Source: Centroscyllium fabricii (taxonomy: Eukaryota). From it: DNA of 64,000 nt. The notes under the pieces were generated by a model. The model ran no database searches, was not told the DNA's origin, and saw nothing but the letters and a program-made list of their open reading frames with translations. Location of the stretch: the NCBI GenBank assembly GCA_051313645.2, contig JBNRSN020000020.1:93186001-93250000 (forward strand), read 5' to 3'. The translations under genes were made by a program, and so were the position numbers. This document shows, one piece after another, positions 57,301-64,000 of this stretch (the first letter of the stretch is position 1; each line of letters starts with the position of its first letter).

Positions 57301-59116
57301 GCCCCACCATCAACTCCGTCCAAACAGCCGTCGATTATAGTAAAATGGCGGCCGACCAACTAACCGACCCCGATCTGCTCGACCCCGCCACCAACCTCCC
57401 CGGCCTGCTCTTGGCCACCGTAGCACACGGGCCCACAGCCACAGAGGTCCGCTGCGATATCTCCCTCCCCCAGCCCAGACCCGTCGTCCCCCACACATGG
57501 AGGCGACACATCTTCCAGACCCTCCATGACCTGTCCCACCCCGGCGTCCGCGCGTCCACCAAACTCATCTCTGCGCGATTCGTTTGGCGCAGCCTACGCA
57601 AAGATGTCCGCGCCTGGACCAACTCGTGCAATGACTGCCAGCGCGCCAAGGTGCACAACCACATCAAAGCACCGCTCGAAACCATCGCCATCCCAGCTAG
57701 ACGCTTCAGCCACGTACACGTCGACCTGGTCGGACCACTACCACCATCACGAGGACATTCACACATCCTAACGATGGTTGACCACACCACCCGCTGGCCA
57801 GAAGCGGTCCCCCTCACCGCTACCACCACCGCCGACCTCGCCAGGGCCTTCATTGCCACCTGGGTCGCCCGCTTTCCCGTCCCCACCGACATCACTTCAG
57901 ACAGGGGCCCCCAATTTACCTCAACCCTATGGGCAACCATTGCCCACGACCTCGGGGCAACCCTGCACCGAACCACCGCCTACCACCCACAGGCCAACGG
58001 CCTCTGCGAACGGTTCCACCGCTCCTTCAAGGCTTCCTTGCGGGCCAGCCTCCAAGACGCGACCTGGACCGACCGGCTGCCCTGGGTAATGCTCGGCCTG
58101 CGTTCAGCGGCCAAGGAAGACCTGCACGCCTCAGCAGCTGAACTGGTCTATGGCCAACCACTAACTGTACCGGGCGAGTTCGTGGCAGAAACCAACGAAC
58201 CCTGGTCAGCCGAGCGCTGCCTCAGAGACTTTAATAATCAGGCAGCCGCATTCAAACCACTTCTGGTGGCCCGGCACGGACAGCCGGCAACATGTGTTCC
58301 AGACGGCATCCAAAATGCCAAGTATGTGTTTGTCCGCCACGACGCACATCGAACACCACTACAACCACCGTACGATGGACCATTCAGAGTGCTTCGGGCG
58401 GGACCCAAAACTTTTGAAATTAAAATGGGCAACAGAGCTGAGACTGTCTCAATTGACCGGCTCAAACCGGCACACGTAACGGCGGGCGAGACAACAGTCC
58501 CCGCACAGCCACCAAAGCGCGGACGCCCTACCGCACCAAACCCCACCCACACTCCTACGCAGAACAAGGAGCAGCGCACGACACGTACTGGCCGCATCAT
58601 CAGGCCACCTCAGCGCCTCACCTGAGACGACAGGTGCAGGCTACGTCATCAGCCCGCCTCAACATCGCATTTCGAATATGGAACAGCACACGACACGTGC
58701 GGGCCACACCATCAGGCCACCTCGGCAAACCGCCGGACATTCTATGTTAAACTCAAAATTTGTGTGTGCTCTCCTTTGTGTCTCCTTCTCCTCTAGGTCT
58801 AGCCTCGCTCTCCCTCACGGATTCTGGGGGGGAGCTGTGTGGCGACACGCCCACCAACAACATCGAACCCGCATCGGGAGCGCTGCAAGATGGTCCCGCC
58901 CACCGGGCGGCGTGCTGACGTCACCGCGACTTCCGGCGTGATTACATCGCCAGGTGGAGACCCGGCAGTGATGTCACCTACCGCGGGACCTTTAAATACC
59001 TGGGCTCCAGGTGGTTCAGTCCCTTTTCCACCTAGCCCTAGCTACAGTAACATTAAATGATAACTTTCCGACTCATCTGTGTCCAGTGTGGTTCTTCGGC
59101 CCTGCATGCCTCTACA
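54322..59116 (+). mobile_element. Full-length Ty3/Gypsy element 4, CsRn1-like
   Basis: 279-bp LTRs 54322-54600 and 58838-59116 (about 5 differences). 4-bp TSD CTAG. PBS TGGTGACCTCGA (tRNA-Trp-like). PPT GGGGGGGAG. Confidence 0.95.
55221..58625 (+). CDS. Gag C-terminus + Pol of element 4 (upstream gag frameshifted)
   Basis: WCYYH...RCVQPC CHCC motif, LCDTGA protease, YLDD RT, RNase H (TDASD), HHCC + DDE integrase, GPF module. Confidence 0.92.
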   Translation: MHRNAAAPPEQHYAQPRHQARAVRTHKKPRTTGPGWCYYHTRFEAKAQRCVQPCTFKPQTSPSPTMSVGRSGALLFVIDGVSGLRFLCDTGAQHSIVPASPTETKQGTQGPPLEAANGSEILTFGTRQLTIKLAGHMYTWDFITAQVKIPLLGADFLCAHGLLVDVTRRRLVDIHNMSTIPCSTRPAHQTHAAAHCRARNSDTYATLLAEFPALTNPTFTARTAKHGVEHHITTTGPPVHAHARRLDPAKLEIAHAEFHIMEQLGIIRHSSSPWASPLHIAPKTDGGWRPCGDYRHLNNATTPDRYPVPHIQDFSARLAGCTVFSKIDLVRGYHQVPVHPADVPKTAVITPFGLFEFLRMPFGLKNAAQAFQRLMDSVLRDLQFTFVYLDDILVASTSPQEHLLHIRALFNRLAEHGLILSPSKCRFGLEAIDFLGHHISQTGAIPLPSKVQAVQEFPRPHSIKGLQEFLGMVNFYNRFIPGAAALMAPLYHATRGQSNKAAVEWTAEASTAFTATKTALANATLLSHPRPNARVALTTDASDHAVGAVFEQWTGNSWQPLAFFSRQLRPPEVKYSAFDRELLALYLAVRHFRFLLEGRHFTAFVDHKPLVSAIAKISEPWSARQQRQLAAVSEFTTDIQHIASHDNVVADCLSRPTIGKAASDHPPRPAIDNVVADCLPHPTTDSVCAHCLSRPTINSVQTAVDYSKMAADQLTDPDLLDPATNLPGLLLATVAHGPTATEVRCDISLPQPRPVVPHTWRRHIFQTLHDLSHPGVRASTKLISARFVWRSLRKDVRAWTNSCNDCQRAKVHNHIKAPLETIAIPARRFSHVHVDLVGPLPPSRGHSHILTMVDHTTRWPEAVPLTATTTADLARAFIATWVARFPVPTDITSDRGPQFTSTLWATIAHDLGATLHRTTAYHPQANGLCERFHRSFKASLRASLQDATWTDRLPWVMLGLRSAAKEDLHASAAELVYGQPLTVPGEFVAETNEPWSAERCLRDFNNQAAAFKPLLVARHGQPATCVPDGIQNAKYVFVRHDAHRTPLQPPYDGPFRVLRAGPKTFEIKMGNRAETVSIDRLKPAHVTAGETTVPAQPPKRGRPTAPNPTHTPTQNKEQRTTRTGRIIRPPQRLT

Positions 59117-61719
59117 CTAGTTTGTAGAAATCGGATGACTGTTGGTTCAGAGGATCCAACAGCCAGTCTGTGAAATCAACAATGAAGACGTCGGGACTCC
59201 AGAACCACCGTGGCTTAAGGCTGTAGGCAGAAACAAAGGTAAGTGAACATTTTATAACAGTTTACACTCATCTCACTTACTCAACACTCCACACTTGCAC
59301 CCATCACTCATCTCTACATCACACTTTCAGTTCCCTCCGACCCCCGCAAACCTCCTACTCGACTCCTCCAACCCAATGGGGTTCTCCGAGGTCGGGAAGC
59401 CTGCATTTGAAAAGGTAAAATTGGACTAATCCTTTTTTCTGCCTGTTAACTACCTCTTAACAGGCCGTTAGCAGGATTTAATCCCTTTCCCTCCTTGAGG
59501 AGACAGGACCCAGGGCAGGACAGCTTCCCGCCTCCTGGTAAAAGGGCATTGGAGGCGGGATGGGGGCGGGTTTGCCTTCCGCCCCCACGCAACTTTACCA
59601 GCAGTCCCGCCTCCTCGGGTCTGACAAAATCCAACCCTAGGCTTCTATTTATGAAGCCCAGGATCTCATTTGCTTTTTTAACCGCTTGCTCAACCTGACC
59701 TGCCACCTTCAATGATTTGTGCACATATACCCCCAGGTCCCTCGGTTCATGCACTAACTTTAGGATGGTACCCTTTAGTTTATATTGCCTCATCTCGTTC
59801 TTTCTACCAAAATGTATCACTTCACACTTTTCTGCATTAAATTTCATCAGCCACATGCCTGCCCGTCCCACCAGCCTGTCTATGTCCTCTTCAAGTCGAA
59901 CACTATTCTCTTCACTGTTCACTATACTTCCAAGTTTTGTGTCATTTGCAAATTTTGAAATTGTGCCCTGTACACCCAAGTCCAAGTCATTAATATATAT
60001 CAAGAAAAGCAGTGGTCCTAATACCGACCCCTGGGGAACCCCACTGTATACATTCCCCCAGTCCGAAAAACAACCGTTCACCACTACTCTCTGCTTCCTC
60101 TCACTTAGCCAATTCGTATCCATGCTGCCACTGACCCTTTTATTCCATGGGCTTCAACTTTGCTGGTAAGCATATTCTGTGGCACTTTATCAAACGCCTT
60201 TTGTAAGTCCACATACACCACATCAACCGCATTGCCCTCATCAACCCTCTATGCTACCTCATCAAAAAACTCGATCAAGTTAGTGAAACACGATTTACTT
60301 TCCTTAATTAATCCACACTTGTCCAAGTGAGTGTTAATTTTGTCCCTGATTATCATTCCTAAAAACTTTCCCACTATTGAGGTTAAACTGACTGGCCTGT
60401 AGTTGCTGGGTTTATTCTTGCACCTTTTTTTGAACAATGGTGTAACATTTGCAATTCCCCAGTCCTCTGGCACCACCCCCCTATCTAAGGAGGGTTGGAA
60501 GATTATGGGGAGTACCTCCGCGAGTTCCTCCTTAACTTCCCTCAGCATCCTAGAAGGCATCCCATCTGGTCCTGGTGACATATCAACTTTAAGTACAGAC
60601 AACCTTTCTACTGCCTCATCTTTATCAATTTTTACCTCATCCAGTCTCTCCACTAACTCCTCTTTCACTATGACTTTGGCAGCATCTTCTTCAGATGCAA
60701 AGTAATCATCTTGTGCCCCAGCCACACCCTCTGCCTCCATGCGTAGGTCTACTTTTTGGCCCCTAATTGGCCACACCCCTCCTTTTACTACCATTTATTA
60801 TTTATATGCGTATAGAAGACTTTTGAATTTCCTTTTATGTTAACTGCTAATCTATTCTCATACCCTCTCTTTGCCCCTCGTATTTTCTTTTTCACTTTCC
60901 CACTGAACTTTCTATATTCAGCCTAATGCTTACTTGTATTCTCAACCTGACATCTGCCATATGGATTCTTTTACTTCTTCATCTTGTTCTCTATCTCTTT
61001 TGTCATCCAGGGTGCTCGGGTTTAGTTGCCCAAATTTCCCCCTCGTGGGAATGTTTAAGACCCACTACTCTCCTTTTTCGAGCCAGGTCTCCGTTATCTC
61101 TATGACATCATATTCCCATGTGGCTATTGGCGCCTGTAGCTCACCAGCCTTATTTACCAAGCTTCGTGCGTTTAAACACATGCACGGTAATCCTGTCTTA
61201 GACCTTCTCGTATTCTCTCTTAATCTAACCCTACCTAATACCTCACTATTCCTTACTCTAGTGCTCTCTGTCTCTCCCCATCCTTTGTGCACCTTGTTTC
61301 TCCTTTCCAATGTTACATCCTGGTGCCCAGCCCTTGGCCAAATGAGTTTAAACCCTCCGCAACAGCACCAGCAAACCCCACCGCGAGGACATTGGTTCCA
61401 ACTCTGTTGAGCTGCAAACCATTCGGCCTGTACAGGTCCCACCTCCCCCAGAAACGGTCCCAAAGTCCCAGGAATCTGAAGCCCCCTCTCCTGCACCATC
61501 TCTCCAGCCACACATTCATCTGTTCTAACCTCCTATTTCTATACTCACTAGCCCTATCAACGGAGAATCATTTCACAGAGCGGGATAGAGCCAGCAGCGG
61601 GGCAGTAACCTACCACCGACATCACCCACACTGGACTCGCCAAGGTAAGTAAAATCCCGGCCCTTCTGTTTACACTGTGATCTTAGTACAGTGTATCAAT
61701 GTAGAGCACCAGAGCCAAA

Positions 61720-62385
61720 GGATTACATAGGATTACACAGGATATACGGCACAGAAACAGGCCATTCGGCCCAACCAGTCAATGCCAGTGTTTATGCTCC
61801 ACTCGAGCCTCCTCCCGTCTTTCCTCATCGAACTCTATCAGCGTAACCCTCGATTCCCTTCTCCCTCATAGGCTTGTCTAGCCTCCCCTTAAATCCATCG
61901 ACACTATTCACTTCAACCACTCCCTGTGATAGCAAGTTCCACATTCTCACCACTCTCTGGGTAAAGACATTTCTTCTGAATTCCCTATTTGATTTCTTGG
62001 TGACTATCTTATTTTGATGGCCTCTAGTTATTCTCTTCCCCACAAGTGGAAACACTCTCTCTGTATCCACTCTATCAAAACCTTTCAGAACTTTAAAGAC
62101 ACCCATCAACCTTCTTTTTCAAGCGAAAAGAGACCCAGCCTGTTCATCCTTTCCTGATAGGTGTACCCTCGCATTCCTGGTCTCATCTTTGCAAATCTTC
62201 TCTGCACCCTCTCCAGTGCCTCTCCTTTCTATAATATGGGGACCAGAATTTTACACAATACTCCAAGTGTGGTCTAACCAGGGTTCAATACAAATTTAGC
62301 ATAACTTCACTACTTTCCAATTCTTTCCCTCTGGAAATAAACCCGAGTGCTTTGTTTGCTTTTTTCTGGTCTTGTTAACCTGCTT
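61720..62385 (-). mobile_element. CR1 LINE 3' fragment
   Basis: FRRNVFTQRVVRMWN peptide and CR1 tail. Confidence 0.8.
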
Positions 62386-62489
62386 TAGCTGGGAAAGTAA
62401 ACTAATGTTTGACTTAAGGAGGAAAGTCATCTTTGTGATCATTAGATAAAGATCAAACGAAGCAAACATCATCAACATGTCCACAATAG

Positions 62490-64000
62490 ATAGCGGAACA
62501 CTTCCTCAACAACTCGGACCCTCGACGTATGTGGCAAGGCATACAGTCCATCACGGACTACAAGTGCAGAAACACCAGCCCCCCGACCGGCGATGCCTCC
62601 CTACCGGAGGAACTCAACAACTTCTACGCTCGCTTCGACAGGGACAACAAGGAGCCAACCACCAAAGTCCTGCAATCCCCGGAAGACCAGCCATTAACAC
62701 TGTCCTGTTCCGACGTTAGAGGTGCTCTACGTAGAGTGAACGCACGGAAGGCCGCGGGTCCTGATGACATCCCCGGCCGGGCACTCAAAGAATGTGCCGA
62801 CCAACTGGCTAAAGTCTTCACTGACATCTTCAACCTGTCACTGGCGAAGGCAGCTGTCCCTACCTGCTTCAAGACCGCCACCATCATCCCTGTGCCCAAG
62901 AAAACGGCCGTGACGTGCCTGAACGACTACTGCCCTGTTGCACTTACACCCATTATCATGAAGTGTTTCGAGCGGCTAGTCCTGGCCCACATCAAAGCCA
63001 GCATCCCCGCCACCCTGGACCAATACCAGTTCGCCTACCGGGGGAACAGATCTACAGAGGATGCTATCACTACGGCTCTTCACTCTGCACTAAACCACCT
63101 GGATAGCAAAGATACATATATCAGAATGCTGTTTATTGACTACAGCTCAGCATTCAACACCATCGTCCCCAGCAAATTGTCTACCAAACTCCTCACCCTC
63201 GGCCTGAACACCTCCCTCTGCAACTGGACCCTGGACTTCCTAACCAACAGACCACAGTCTGTGAAGTTAGGCAACCTCACCTCCCCCCCCTTACCCTGAA
63301 CACGGGGGCCCCACAAGGTTGTGTGCTCAGCCCCCTCCTCTACTCCCTCTTCACTCACGACTGTGCGGCTGTCCATGGCTCCAACACGATCATCAAGTTC
63401 GCGGATGACACCACGGTGGTTGGCCAGATCACCAACAACGACGAGTCAGCCTACAGGGATGAGATCCAGCGCCTTGTGGGTTGGTGTGCCGACAACAACC
63501 TGGCACTGAACACCAAGAAAACGAAGGAGATCATAGTGGACTTCCGGAGGACTGGAAGCAGAAGACACACCCCCATCTTCATCCAAGGGGCTGAGGTGGA
63601 AAGGGTGTCCAGCTTCAAGTTCCTCGGGGTCCACATCTCGGAAGATCTCTCCTGGTCACTAAACACCTCCTCTCTAGTTAAGAAGGCCCAACAGCGCCTG
63701 TACTTCCTTAGGAAGCTGAAGAAAGCCAGGCTGGCATCCGGCATCCTCTCCAACTTCTACCGCTGCACAATAGAAAGCATACTGACAAGCTGCATCACTG
63801 TCTGGTATGGTAATTGCACTATCTCGGACCGGAAAACCCTGCAGCGGGTAGTCAAAACTGCCCAACGAATTACCGGTACACAGCTACCGTCAGTGGAAAG
63901 CATCTACCTCAAACGCTGCTTACGGAGGTCTATGAACATTATAAAAGACCCCACACACCCCAGCCACAGTCTGTTTGCCCCTCTGCCCTCCGGGAGACGC
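62490..64000 (+). mobile_element. Rex1/Babar LINE, 5'-truncated, runs off the window; frameshift in C-run near 63290
   Basis: [81 protein letters not shown]. Confidence 0.92.

Larger units (their letters stand above)
54027..59637. mobile_element. Harbinger-like MITE interrupted by Gypsy element 4
   Basis: TIR GGGCTGGATTTTGT / ACAAAATCCAACCC with TAT/TAG flanks; CR1 sequence joins across it. Confidence 0.7.
53440..61555 (-). mobile_element. Long degenerate CR1 LINE (53440-54026 and 59638-61555) split by a MITE and a Gypsy
   Basis: Collinear ORF1-end, endonuclease (CLNARSL, ITETWL) and RT fragments (YRPVSLTS, GVPQGSVLGPLLF, LERVQKRFTRMIPG). Confidence 0.85.

Overview
Eukaryotic, repeat-dense DNA, most likely from a shark or other cartilaginous fish (inferred from HE1-type V-SINEs, HER1/CR1 LINE tails and SacSINE1-like Deu SINEs). 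One host gene can be assembled by hand on the minus strand. It has 7 coding exons (53147 to 21996), all GT-AG and phase-compatible, and gives a 417-aa type I membrane protein: signal peptide, CD300/pIgR-type IgV, IgC2-like domain, Ser/Thr stalk, TM, and a tail with ITSM/ITIM-like tyrosines. This is an MDIR/CD300-like inhibitory immune receptor. The rest is transposable elements. These are three related Ty3/Gypsy proviruses plus two solo LTRs of that family, a CsRn1-like Gypsy, CR1 and Rex1/Babar LINEs, tRNA- and 5S-derived SINEs, Penelope-like fragments with hammerhead ribozymes, and nested Harbinger-like and Tc1/pogo-like MITEs. Best lead: the three related Gypsy elements have no tRNA primer-binding site. 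Instead the 13-15 nt after the 5' LTR are the reverse complement of their own LTR poly(A)-signal segment, with compensatory changes between elements, which suggests fold-back self-priming. All three also carry a non-canonical YLDN RT motif. Further leads are a hammerhead plus AATAAA cassette in the receptor's predicted 3' UTR, a possible GPI-anchored decoy isoform, and a 5S-rRNA/Rex1-tail SINE. All coordinates were read by eye; no database search was run.
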